A stretch of 64,000 nucleotides of DNA, from assembly GCF_006345805.1 (NCBI RefSeq), contig NC_043011.1:38700464-38764463 (forward strand). Reading direction: 5' to 3'. The first letter of the stretch is position 1. Every line of letters starts with the position of its first letter. Source of the DNA: Octopus sinensis (Eukaryota). Both the position numbers and the translations under genes were made by a program. The notes beneath the pieces are model-generated. The model was not told the origin of the DNA. It saw nothing but the letters and a program-made list of their open reading frames with translations, and ran no database searches. Positions 1 to 11,816 of this stretch are shown here, one piece after another.

Positions 1-459
1 GAGCCAACATAATCTACATTAAATTGTTGTGTTAAAGTCTCCTAGCACCACTAATGAATGCGAAGTACCAAGAAAGTTTTCTAGTTCACGAAAATAATCA
101 CTTTGCCCTGTATGGTTGGGTGCGTAAATTGCAACCAGTCTGATAACTTTACCGTTACTGAACGTCAAATCCATGACGACCAGCCTACCTTCTGGATCTG
201 CAAAAATTAACTTTTTCTCAGAAACCCGGTTTCTTTTTAATAGGACCAACACCCCACTCCCGCCTGTAGGACTGCCAGGAGAGAAAAAACTCTCGTAGCC
301 GTCAAACAGCGGGAGTAGACCTCTTGGCCCCTCTAACCGGGTTTCTGTAGCAACAATAACATCTAAATTACGCGACCTGATATCATGCAGGAAGCGACCT
401 TGCTTCCAGTCTGCTCCCAGGCCGCGCACATTCAAACAACCAACATAAATGTAATCCAT
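1..459 (-). CDS. ORF2 N-terminal apurinic-like (APE) endonuclease domain; reading frame breaks near position 19
   Basis: Motifs CLNVRGL, DVIVATETRL, GSGVLVLL, GRLVVMDL, LVAIYAPN and LVVLGDFN are typical of the L1/Tx1 endonuclease. Confidence 0.93.
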
Positions 460-472
460 TACTTACCCTATA

Positions 473-1836
473 TCAGTGGTTCGGTTTTTCTTGTTCTTCT
501 AACTCTTTTTCTGGGCCTCGTGGGGGAGTCTGACGTAGGCCCTCGAATATATGTGGAGATGTCACATCCAATCTAAGTGGGCCTACGTCATGGAAGAATT
601 CTGACTTTATCCGCCCGTAATCCTTCCGGCCTATTCTGTAAATTACAAAGTCGTTTTTTTTCACTACTTTCTCCACTTTGGCCATGGCTGCCAACACGTT
701 TCCGAGTCTGCTATTTGCTGCCTTTACGGCCATATATGAGTTCATTGACTCTTTTCTTTTTTAAGATTACTCTGGGAGGGGTGGTTTCCGTTTTTCTTTT
801 TTTCCTTCCGGTAATTTTTTCCCACCTCCTCATTTATCTTTTCCTCGCTCTTTTTTTCCTCCGCCGCTGGTTCTGCTGTCACCGTCACCTCCACACCTTC
901 AGTCTTCCCTTCTGGGCCGTCCGACGCTGCTTCTGGTAACACATTATCTTCTTTTTCTTTTGGCTTAGGTGCTTCCTGCGGTTTGGGTTGGGGTTGGCAT
1001 TCCGCCCTTACATGACCCTTCTTGCCGCAGCCGAAGCACCTCGGCTTCCTGCCCTCCACGAAAACTGTTATTTTCTCGTCTTCACTAATCTTTACCGTTT
1101 CTGGAATTTCTTCCAGTGTTTGCACCTCCGCCTGAATGGCTATCACTATTTTTGCCCTTTCCAGACTCCTCTTCCTCCACTGTGGCCTGGAGGATGTTTA
1201 TTTTTTCCTCCAGACCTACCATCACTGCTGCCACCAGACATTCAGCATCTGCCTCTGGCGGAATGTTGTTCATCGAAATTTTCGACGTCCTTTTTCCTTT
1301 ATATAATGGTAGTAAGACAATGTTTTCCGCTTTGATTGGCTCCATCGATAGTTTCTTCGCTATCTCCTCCGTAGTAAAACGCACCTCCACTGTGCCGTAT
1401 CTTTTTCCTCTGTTTATATACGTTATTTATCCATAAAAAGGTTTTAGACAAGACTCTATTTTTTTTCTTCGATTTTTTGGATCATTTTTTTCGTTGTGTC
1501 GTAAGTTTTATATATTATTCTTTTTTTTTCTATATCGTCATGTATTTGTATGTTGTGGCCACAGTCACTTCTGTGCCTTCTTTTTTTACACAGTCTGCAA
1601 ATTTTTTAAAATTTTCTATATTTATTTTTTTGATCTTTTTCCCAGCCACTTCAGCGAATTTTTTTGCTGGAGTTGATGCTGGTACTGGTTTTTCCATTTT
1701 TTTGGGCGACGCCGCCTCTTTTTTCTTCGGCGACAACGCCTTTTTTTCTTGGCGACAACGCCTCTTTTTTACTTGGCGACAACGCCGGGTATTCATCCTC
1801 GCTCGTCACGGGCGAATAAGAGATGGGGGACTCCAT
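473..1836 (-). pseudogene. ORF1-B gag-like protein (RRM-like region, CCHC knuckle, K/E-rich linker), frameshifted
   Basis: Joins track ORFs 1651-1845, 1530-1796, 1085-1390, 742-1146 and 473-745. Contains RGKRYGTVEVRF and CFGCGKKGHVRAEC; stop lies 13 nt before the ORF2 ATG. Confidence 0.8.
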
Positions 1837-2362
1837 CTTGAACAAATGGCTTTAACAAGCCTTTGGTAAATCCAAATTAATTGTAGTTTTCCCCCACTGA
1901 GGGGGGAACACCAACGTGAAGTCTTCGCGCGAAGGCTGACTTCGTCCGTTAGACAACAATAGACAAAAACAGGTAGACCAACAGTATATAATAACAGAGA
2001 TAATAGTACGAGAGCAAAAATATATATCAACTTACTAATAACGCAAAAAATTGATTTCCTCCATGATGTTTTATTATTACCCACTAGGGGCTACATAGAT
2101 GGGACAATACAATCGGGAAAATGAATAATGAATTATGAAATTTGTACAATGTGGTGCAATGCCCACTCGATCCCCGAAATCGAGCGGTTACATTTCGTCA
2201 ATTAATTTTGTTCGTCAACAATATTTTCAAATAAAACATTTTATACATTTTCAACATACATTTCAAAAAGTTTTACAAAGTTCAACATTTCTTTTTTTTT
2301 TTTTTCCGAATTTAAAGTTCTTTTATCATTTCCAAATTAAAGTTTTCACAATACCTTTTCTT

Positions 2363-3823
2363 TTATATATACTCCATTATGTCTACCAAATCTGAGTAAA
2401 CTTCCATCGTTCGAGGCCACCTTGGAAGTCGGCATTTCATATGTTTTAACACGTTCTCGCCAGCTGCCTCGATGAACGCCTCGGCGTCGTTCTCGTGGAC
2501 GAGTGCACCTGTTTCTTTCCATCGGTGCCCATCCTGACCCACGTATATCCGTTTGTTTCTTATTAAATCTTCCATCTCCTCACAGTGCTTGTGATGGATC
2601 AACGTTCCATAGTATTTGAATTTTCTATTCGTACCTGCGTTTTCTCTAGTTTTTCTCTTAGGACTTACTTCCTCTTTTTTCTCCCTCGTTTCTCTCTTTC
2701 TCTCTTTTTGCTTTCTCCTTCTTTTTCCTTCTCTTGTCTTTTGGCTCTTTGTCTGCCGTCTCTCTACCTGTGCCTTAAGTTCCTTTCCTGTTGTTTCTTT
2801 TCCTTTTGCATACCATCTTTTCCTTTCTCTTGGTTCTGTTCCTTCTCTTTTCTTTCCTGCTTTTTCTCTTTCCTTTAATGTACTTTCCTTTTCTTTCTCT
2901 TGCTTCTGCCTTGGCTCCTTCTCCTCTACTTCTGCACCCTGTGAATTTTGCTCCTTTTCTACTATCTTCTTCCCTTTGTTTTCATTTTCCTTCAGTGCGC
3001 TGTTACTTCCCTTCTCTTGTTGTTTCTCCGTTATTTCCTTTTCCTTGTTTTCGCTGTTCTTTCCTTCGTGTTCGTTTTCCTTCTCTCCACTTTGTGTCTC
3101 TTTTTGCTCCGCTGTGAATTCATACAGCGGACATTCCTTTTTTATGTGCCCTCTTGAACCGCAAGGTAGCAATTCGGTTTTCTGCCTTCCACTATTACAC
3201 TAATTGTTTTTTCATTTTCTATTTCTATTTGGAAGGGAAATCTTTCGATGTCTTCAATGTGGCCATCAGCCACAACTCGACTCCGAATCCCTTCCAATTT
3301 ACAACGTTCGTCTCCTTAATTGACCCTATTTCTACTTCCTCTTTTGCTGCCCCAATAATGGCTGTTACCAGCATTTCTGTTTTAATATTTGGGGGCACCT
3401 TTGGGACTCTTACCCGTACCCTCGTCTTCCTTATACGTCGGCCACATGGTGAAATTTTCCGCTTTCAGGACAGTGGAAGCCAATGAGGCCGCCACTTCCT
3501 TTGTTGCGCATCTCACCTCCACCGTACCATATTTCTTTCCTCTGTCTACAAAAGTCGCTTTTTTCATGATGTCCCCCAGACATTTCTCTATTTCTTCAAT
3601 CGTCACTCTCACCAGTTTTCTCGTGTTTCTATCTTGCGTTCTATACGTTATCGTCTTGTTATTTTTTCTTCTATTGTTTCCACAGGCGGGACCAGCTTCA
3701 CGCTGTCACCCTCCCTTTTGACGAACTTCTCGTATTCCTTCAATTGTTTTTTCTAAAGAACACTTCTTTTATTCTAAGTGACTCGTCACTTTTTGTTGTG
3801 GCGACCCCCGCGTAAGTCTCCAT
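2363..3823 (-). pseudogene. ORF1-A, a second diverged gag-like protein, frameshifted
   Basis: ATG at 3823 (METYAGVAT); RGKKYGTVEVRCATKEVA; knuckle ...CGSRGHIKKEC; long K/E-rich region. Confidence 0.75.
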
Positions 3824-4259
3824 GACTTGAGGGTCGACACACCTTCTATAAAAGGTTCAAACACGTAGCGGCAAACGCCTCGCGCGATTCAATTTTTGAC
3901 AATTTTTTTGACAGTCTTTTTTCCAAAGTTTCACATGCAAAAATAACTCACAACACACTTGGGTAAATTTCCTCCATGAGTTCAAATCTGCTTTTTTCTC
4001 TACATTGTATACTTTATAGACAATAGTCTTTTCTTTAATTTAATTTTTTATTATCCATCTGGACTATTCCATTTCTGCACGCTAATTTTATTTCTAATTT
4101 ATTCCCATTCATGTGAAACCACTTATTCAAGTTCAAGTCATTCATGCAATTTTATACCAATTGCTATTTTTACTTTTGTTATGTTACGATTATATTATAC
4201 ATTAGTTTGATTTTAATTATTACTTACTACATATAATTCAATTTGTTATTATTATTTTT

Positions 4260-4677
4260 ATTGTTAAAGTGAAAGTATCTGACATAAAATAGAGAAATAT
4301 TCTTGTTTCACTTTTAACACGTGATACTGAAATAGTGGAGAAGATATGATATTGCTATTGGCTCGCTCTAGGCAAGAAGTTGAACATTTTTTGCCAATAA
4401 AACTAGAGGGACCCTAAGTAAGGCATATGTAAAATTTGACTGGAATTGGTTGTGTAGTTCTCAAGTTTTAGGGAATCGTAGTAGAGAAGATATGATATTG
4501 CTGTGGGCTCACCCTAGGCAATAAGTTAAAAAAATTCTTTTTGCCGATGACACTTCCCGGGCCCTAAGTAAGGCATGTATAAAATTTGAATGAAATTGGT
4601 TGTGTAGTTCTCAAGTTTTAGGGAAACGCACAGACAGACAGACAGACACACATTCTCAGTTTTATATATATAAAGAT
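4260..4677 (+). mobile_element. Non-autonomous Helitron-like (Lep1/HINE-type) element with an internal ~150 bp tandem duplication
   Basis: Ends in (ACAG)n...TTTTATATATATAAAGAT; 4330-4478 is repeated at 4480-4630. Left boundary uncertain. Confidence 0.55.
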
Positions 4678-4715
4678 TAATTAAAAGATGTTTGGCGTTA
4701 TACTCACCAATATTA

Positions 4716-4734
4716 TTATATATCTATATATGTA

Positions 4735-4773
<39 letters not shown>

Positions 4774-4842
4774 TATATATATACATTGTGTGCATATATA
4801 CATATATATGCATATATATATATATATATATACATATATATG

Positions 4843-4885
<43 letters not shown>

Positions 4886-4908
4886 AGAGAGAGAGAGAGA
4901 GAGAGAGC
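4716..4908. repeat. (TA)n/(GA)n microsatellite
   Basis: Direct inspection. Confidence 0.95.
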
Positions 4909-5863
4909 GGTAAAATATGAAAAGTCAACGAAAATGCACATTGCAAATAAAAAAGGCTATTTATGACAGATAACGACAAATATATACATTTAGATTGACT
5001 GAGGTAGTAATACGAGTCATAAAAGTCATTATTATGAGATGATTATAAGATGATAATAAAGTAAGAGAACAAAACGAACCATGATTTACGCAAACCTATT
5101 CATCGTTTGAAAAACACAGGCTAATACACGGTGTCAGGTCTAATAGTTCCTGAGAAAAAAGATTATTTGTAAGGGAGGTAAGTAGTTCTGGATTTAGAGA
5201 TGTGAGTGGTGTAGGAAGTGTATAGGGGTTAGTGGTTTCAATTGAAGAGTTAGTGGTGTTCTGTATTGAGTTGTGTGTTCATATTTAGTTGAGGGAGAAA
5301 TCTATTGATGAAAAATGCCTCTTTATCCAACTTTTGTTGCATTGTGGTTGTTCTGTGAACATTGGTAAAAGGGAAATATTTGGAAATTGGGATTAAGATT
5401 CCTAGCACACCTTTCTATGTGTTCACTCACCTTTAACTGTCTGTATTGTGGGTGACGGATTTGCTCTTTGTGAATGGTGATTCTTTGACGAAGCGAAATT
5501 CCTGTTTGTCCAATATAGATATTACTACATCCTATGCATGTCATGACATAGATTACATTTGCTGAGGCGCAGGTGAAATTTGATTTGATCTTAAATATTT
5601 CTCCTTGTTTGAATTGGAATTCTGAACCCTCGAGAAGGTGGGGGCATGTTCCACGGTTAGAACGTCCAAATTTTGTCACTTTTGGCTCTGTTGTTAGTGG
5701 ATACAGTCTAGCGCTGGTTAATATTTTTTTCAGTGGCTTCGGTTGTGTTTTGCTTTTTATAATTTTAAATGAGCTTAAAATTTCGTTCATTGTTTTGTCT
5801 GCTGTGAGGATGAGAAGGTTTTGGGTGATGATGTTGAAGGCTTCGTTGTTTCTGGGGTATTTC

Positions 5864-5868
<5 letters not shown>
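4909..5868 (-). mobile_element. 5'-truncated Penelope-like element (Neptune-type): GIY-YIG endonuclease plus 3' UTR
   Basis: FTCASANVIYVMTCIGCSNIYIGQTGISLRQRITIH; after a frameshift near 5330, KEAFFINRFLPQLN. Flanked by (TA)n/(GA)n. Confidence 0.88.
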
Positions 5869-5903
<35 letters not shown>

Positions 5904-6160
5904 ACATAATAAATAATATTAGGGTAATAAGAATTATAGAAATTATTATTACCAGTGGCCTAATTGACTATATATATATATATCAGTTGTTATATATATT
6001 GCGTGATTAAACTGGTTGCTGTTGCTGCGCTTTCTGCTGTTGCACTTCTTGTAGTTGCTGCTGTTGTTGCCGTTGTTGCTGTAGCTGCTGTCGAGATTTC
6101 AGCTCAAACTACTGCTACAGCCATGGCTTAATGCCCTCTTGTTAATGATATTTTTCACAA

Positions 6161-6750
6161 CAGCGGTGAGCTGGGAGAAACGTTAGCACGCCGGGCGAAA
6201 TGTGTAGCCTTATTTCGTCTGCCATTACGTTCTGAGTTCAAATTCCGCCGAGGTCGACTTTGCCTTTCATCCTTTCGGGGTCGATAAATTAAGTGCCAGG
6301 TACGCACTGGGTTCGATATAATCGACTTAACCCCTTTGTCTGTCCTTGTTTATCCCCTCTGTTTAGCCCCTTATGGACAGATAAGAAATAAGAAACGTTA
6401 GCACACCTGGCGAAATTCTTACCGGTATTTCGTCTGCCGTTACCTTCTGAGTTCAAATTCCGCCGAGGTCGACACTGCCTTTCATCCTTTCGGAGTCGAT
6501 AAATTAAGTACCAGTTGCGTACCAGTTACCAGTTACGCACTGGGGTCGATATAATCGACTTAATCCGTTTGTTTGTCCTCTCTGTGTTTAGCCCCTTGTT
6601 ACGTTCTGAGTTCAAATTCCACCGAGCTCGACTTTGCCTTTCATCTTTTCGGAGTCGATAAATTAAGTACCAGTTGCGTACTGGGGTCGATCTAATCGAC
6701 TGGCCCCGTCCCAAAAAATTTCGGGCTTTGTACCGACAGTAGAAAATGAT
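6161..6750 (+). mobile_element. Three tandem/partial copies of tRNA-derived SINE family A (Meta/MESC-like core)
   Basis: Head GCGGYGAGCTGGxAGAAACGTTAG, B box GAGTTCAAATTCC, core TTGCCTTTCATCCTTTCGGGGTCGATAAATTAAGT. Confidence 0.85.
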
Positions 6751-7089
6751 ATTTTTGACAATATGCCTCAATGCAAGCTTTCATTGCCCAATAAATCATG
6801 GCGTAATTTCATATGTATTTTACAACCATTACTAGCAGGCCGAGCGACCAGTTACAGGCTTCTTAAATGGCTCATATTACGGAGTGACCAGTAATGAGGA
6901 AGCATAAATTGTGAAAGAAGCTCACGAAATTCATACCTGTTGACTTGAAGGCCCATTAGCAAGAATATTACACGATCTTGTATTTATAATAAAAGATAAA
7001 ATTTCAAACTCATTCATAACGTGGTTGAGTATACCGCGTAACGATCATAGTTATGTCTCCGTTTTACTCTTTGTTATATTCGTACATAG

Positions 7090-7590
7090 TAATTACTTCT
7101 AATTTAGATACAGGGCCAACAATTTTTACAGGGAGAGGTTACTTGATGCCATCGACCCCAGTACTCGACAGGTACTTTATTTCATTGGCCCTGGATGAAT
7201 GAAAAGGTTAAACTGACCTGAGCGAGATTTGAATGTAGAACATTGAGAGACAGAAGAGATTCCGCATAGTAATTCATTCATATTTTGAGAGAAGGCCGGT
7301 AGTTTTAGTGGGATAGAGTATTCGATTACATCGACCCCAGTACTCGACTGGTACTTAATTTATCGACTCCGAAAGGATGAAAGGCAAAGCCGAGCTCGGT
7401 GGAATTCGAACTCAGAACGTAAATACAGACGAAATACTTATTTCTTTACTACCCACAAGGGTAGTAAAGGCGAAAGGTAAAGTAAACCACAATGTAATTT
7501 GAATTGAAAACGTAATGACTCGGAATCAATACCGCTAGACATATTTTCCGACACGGCACGTTCCCGGTAGCTATCCGCCCTTGCGTTTCA
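7090..7590 (-). mobile_element. Degenerate SINE family A copies
   Basis: Reverse-complement core and B-box matches. Confidence 0.7.
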
Positions 7591-8133
7591 CATAAAATGC
7601 AGTCATATACGACTTTAATCTTTGCTGAAGTAATTCTACAGAACAGATAAATGAGGTCAACGTACGATTATCTTGAATTTATATAAGACATTTAGCTACA
7701 TAACATGAAGTTTCGGTCTTATGAAGCACTCATTTTACGATCCACTGCAGTAGGGAAACTATATTGTTGGTGTTCTTGTTGTTCTTGTTGTAAGGCGATG
7801 ACTGAGCTGAGTCATTAAAATGTCGGATAGAATTCCTCGTGGTATTTGTTTCGAAACTCTACGCTCTGAGTTCAAAGCACACGAAGGCGATTCTAATGAA
7901 GATAAACTCCAGTTAAACAATTTTCTTTGTGTTAGTTACACCATCTCAAAGTATCTCATAACCACCAGCCAATGATGAGATCCCATAACTCTCAACGCGA
8001 TCGCTCTACTAGGCAGGGCTATTAGCCACATCAAATTCAAATAAATTCATACCGTCAAAAAAAAAGTTATAAAACAATTTACCCGTTGATTAAAAAGTAG
8101 TCCTCAATGCGTTATTTTCGAAAACAGGACAAA

Positions 8134-8730
8134 GGCACAGGCGTGGCTGTGTGGCAAGAAGCTTCCTTCCCAACCACATGGTTCCGGGTTCGGTCCCACT
8201 GTGTGGCATCTTGGACGTGTGTCTACTACTATAGCCTCGGACCGTCCAAAGCCTTCTGAATGGATTTGGTTGTCGGAAACTGTAGGAATCCCAGCGTAAA
8301 TATATGGATATTATAAGATTAATACGAAAGACGGAGTATAACTAGAAGCATTTGTTAGCCCAACAAATGCCTCTAATTACACTCCGTCTTCTGTACTAAT
8401 CTTTTAAAATATACCCTACGTGCACCTCGGAATTCCAGGCGTAGATCCAACGATAAACACACAGCATCGCTGATGACGCTTGGTAGCCATAAGTTAAATT
8501 AAAGAATTAAGGTTTAGGATGTAGGTGGTAAATGCAGTATCCAAATCTTGTTTCAGGGTAAGTCCCAGGTACGGTGTTGGTGTATTCACGACTCCGTGAC
8601 TTAATGGTTTGCCGAAAAGTGATCGATAGAATAGGTACTAAGTTCTCAAAGAATATGTCCTGTGGTTGATTCCTTCAACCAAAACCCTTTAAGTCGGTGC
8701 TCCAGCATGGCCGCAGTCAAATAGAATTCA
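8134..8730 (+). mobile_element. CORE-like tRNA SINE family B, split by a ~270 bp insertion at its central microsatellite position
   Basis: Head GGCGTGGCTGTGTGGCAAG and CORE-like GGCATCTTGGACGTGTGTC; 3' half resumes at ~8572 and ends GGTGCTCCAGCATGGCCGCAGTC. Confidence 0.75.
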
Positions 8731-8836
8731 GTCAATAGTTATAGTATCTTTTATCACAGTTGCTCAACAACTTATTGTGGAAGCAATTTTTTTATGTTAC
8801 TACAAATACAAGCGCGCAGGGACTTCAGCACAAGTG

Positions 8837-9530
8837 ATTTCATGACCAGTCGTACCGTTGAAAGAAAAATGAAATCCAGAAGAAAATAGTCTCTATTTTA
8901 TCTGCAATCTTCAGAATAATGTTGTTACTTTTGATTACATATCAGTAATGTCCTGTACCTCAACAATAGCAACAACAACGACGACGATGATAGTGGCAAT
9001 TTAATCACTAATCGTATTGTTTCAAGAAGACTGGAAGTTGAGAAAGAATCCATGTTCCTTGCAGAAGTCGCAATCGTAACATCTTTGATTGCAGATCAGC
9101 GTTCATTAGGTGCTCACCTGTATCAAAAACAACGACGCTTACGACGACAACGACAATGGAGATTTCATTACCAGTCGTATCTTTCAAGGAAACGACAGTA
9201 TTTAGTCATGGGTGGAACGTCTTTGATCACAGACCAGCAGTGAGCACGAGTTCAACTACATCAAAATAAGAACAATAATAAGAACAGTGACAACAGCAAC
9301 AACAATAACAACAAGGTAAATTTCATTACGAGTTGTGTAGTTAAAAGACGATTGAAGCCCAATAAAGAATTCGTTATATTGTGTGTAATAGTCACAGCTG
9401 TAACATTTTTACTTACAAATCAACGTTGACCTGAACTTCAACACCATCACCACCAATAACGACAGTAACAGGCGAAATTTCATTACCAATGCTATAGTTG
9501 AAGGACAATTGAAGCCTAAGAAAGCATTCA
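8837..9530 (+). repeat. Diverged tandem repeat, five units of ~157-163 bp
   Basis: ATTTCATTACCAGTCGTA-like motif at 8837, 8999, 9162, 9320 and 9477; copies 2-5 are each preceded by an (AAC/GAC)n tract. Confidence 0.7.
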
Positions 9531-10595
9531 TTCTCTTCTATTCTAAAACTTCTTCGTAATACTATGGTTGTCTTTGATGCTTTTATGCAAACAAAAAAAA
9601 AAACCTTCTTTACTATCCATTTCTTTCATTTTGTGACTAAAAACCAAGTAAGACGATAATTATATGTTGAACCACTGACTCTATGGAGTCTACTTCCGAC
9701 TTGCATTAAACATGTATGCGAAATGATACTAGGAAAAAGACATTTATTTATCTCGCAATACTCCGCGAGGCTTTTAAAGAGCAAATGACAATTTCTAAGT
9801 CAATTTCAAATAGAGAGACAAAAAAGTAGCAAAATAAAACAAACAAAAAAGTTCTCTTAGCTTTCAAGCTTTGATCTCACTTTGATATGAATCGATTCCA
9901 GAAAATTCTCTTCAAAGCCATTTGATAATAGGTTTGTTGATTTGCTTCTTTTTTATGTTGAATAGTTGCTAAAAGATCAAGGCTTTAGAAATTGGCATCA
10001 AAACCTTCTGGTTTGCTTAGATATAGAAATAAATGTAGGTTCCTGCTACTAATTCTCAGAACTAGTATAGAATATACAACAAGCCAAAATTACTATGTAT
10101 ACAATAAGTATAACGTCTAAATATACGTTACACTTATATTTTGCTTTTGTTTTGTTTTGTATTTTCTTTATCCTCTTGATGATGATGTCCTCCATTCTTT
10201 CCATTTGCATATTTGCATTTAGCATTATCATCAATTATCAACAGCATCCCCACCCATCACAATTTTACCTCTTTTCTGCACAATATCTAGCTCTGAAACA
10301 ATCATATTTTCCATTATCAGCATCACTACTTCAGCACTGTCATTATCATTAGTATAATTAGTCGCAAACTGATTTTACTATTCTTTTTACAAAAGAAAGT
10401 CAAAACGCTGGTACTATATCCGCCATTTTTATTTCATAACATAAAGCACACTTCAAGTAATGCATATCCAATTTACAAAAAATTCAGCCGGAGTCTTGTC
10501 AGCGCTTTCACTCAGTAGACTAAACCAATAAATGAGGAAAAGTCAAGAAAACTGGCTGTTAAATCTCACTCAATCGCCCACTAACTTGTATAAGT

Positions 10596-10962
10596 ACTAG
10601 CAGTATCGCCCGGCGTTGCTCGGGTTTGTAAGGGAAATAACTATAACGCATTTTTAGATAGTTATAGCCAAAAAATTGGGAAAAAATGATGGTAAATTTT
10701 TTTTTTAGGTTAAAAAGTCGATGTGCGTCCCCTAGACCGTCTGTGGTTTGTGTTTCTGATTCTCGACCCCATGTCGAATTTATCGATTTTTTTCAGAACT
10801 GGGGGAACTTTTCAAAATTTTCGCTGCGTTAGTTTTAATTATGACATTGGGCTATGTGTGTGTCAAGTTTCATCAATCGGTTGAAAGCCGTGTCGGGTGA
10901 GGGTACAAGCAAACAGACACACAGAAACACACACAGACAACTGCCGTTTATATATGAGAGAT
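10596..10962 (+). mobile_element. Complete non-autonomous Helitron-like element (Lep1/HINE-type)
   Basis: 5' ACTAGCAGTATCGCCCGGCGTTGCTCGGG; AAGTTTCATCAATCGG; (ACAG/AC)n; 3' TTTATATATGAGAGAT. Confidence 0.7.
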
Positions 10963-11004
10963 AATGCAATACCGAGAGATTGAGGGAACATCTATTTTCT
11001 TGCT

Positions 11005-11382
11005 TGGAGGTGCAATGGCCCAGGGGTTAGGATGGCGGACTCGTGGTCGTAGAATCACGGTTTTGATTCCCAGACCGGGCATTGTGAGTATTTATTAAGC
11101 AAAAACATATAAAGCCCCATGAGGCTCCGGCAAGGGGTGGTGGCGAAGCCTGCTGTACTCTTTCACCACAACTTCTCTTGCTATTTCTTCCTGTTTCTGT
11201 CGAACCTGTATTTCAAAGGGCCAGCCTTGTCTCACTCTGTGTCACGCTGAATTTCCCCGAGAACTATGTTAAGGGTACACGTGTCTGTGGAGTGCTCACC
11301 GACTTGCACATTAATTTCACGACCAGGCTGTTTCGCTGATCGAATCAACTGGAACCCTCGTCGTCGTAACCGACGGAGTGCC
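11005..11382 (+). mobile_element. tRNA-derived SINE family C
   Basis: A box TGGCCCAGGGGTTAG and B-box-like GGTTTTGATTCCC; body shared with 12247 and 50911. Confidence 0.85.
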
Positions 11383-11490
11383 ATGATCTTTTTGCTACAA
11401 TCTACATACTACAAATAGCTGCCGAAAATTCCTGAAACTACATTGTACTATATTTAAAGGAGTGTACATTTTAGATGATGATGTCTAGAG

Positions 11491-11761
11491 CAGTGGTACT
11501 CCACAAAGTGGTAGTCCGCGGAACATCAGCTGCCGGTATGCCGAGAGTTTCCAGAAAAGAAACATTATAAAATGCTTATGTAATATTGCATTATTTGTTT
11601 ACAAAATAAATATACGATACAAAAAAATTGTCAACTTTTATTATATTCATTACATATATTGTTCCCGGTATAAATTAATATTACTAAGAAATTTTTCCAG
11701 TTCCTGGCACATTGGAAAAAAAACTTCAGGTACGCCACGTCAGATAGTTTAAGAAGCACTG
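11491..11761. mobile_element. hAT (Charlie/Buster-type) MITE, 271 bp
   Basis: Ends CAGTGGTACTC / AAGAAGCACTG; perfect 8-bp TSD GTCTAGAG at 11483-11490 and 11762-11769. Confidence 0.9.
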
Positions 11762-11816
11762 GTCTAGAGTATATTGTTCATGAACAAAATTACGGAATAT
11801 TTATGTTCATAAATAA

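Larger units (their letters stand above)
1..3990 (-). mobile_element. 5' portion of a Tx1/L1-clade non-LTR retrotransposon (ORF1-A, ORF1-B, start of ORF2); runs off the window's left edge
   Basis: Two gag-like ORFs with CCHC knuckles followed by an APE-type endonuclease N-terminus, all on the minus strand. Confidence 0.85.

Noticed and set aside
577-3203. Plus-strand F/L/S-rich ORFs (577-939, 2585-2878, 2616-3203, 2791-3117)
   Set aside because: Antisense shadows of the purine-rich K/E coding regions on the minus strand.
4681-4979. YIYI/ICIY-type ORFs here and throughout the ORF track
   Set aside because: Translations of (TA)n/(TG)n microsatellites, which lack stops in several frames.
6789-6798. 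TGATTTATTG Hox/Pbx-like site in unique sequence
   Set aside because: A single 10-mer in AT-rich DNA is expected by chance; no conservation data.
8470-8495. CTGATGA-CGCT(tggt)AGCC-ATAAG as an HHR
   Set aside because: GAAA is replaced, and neither stem I nor stem III is evident.
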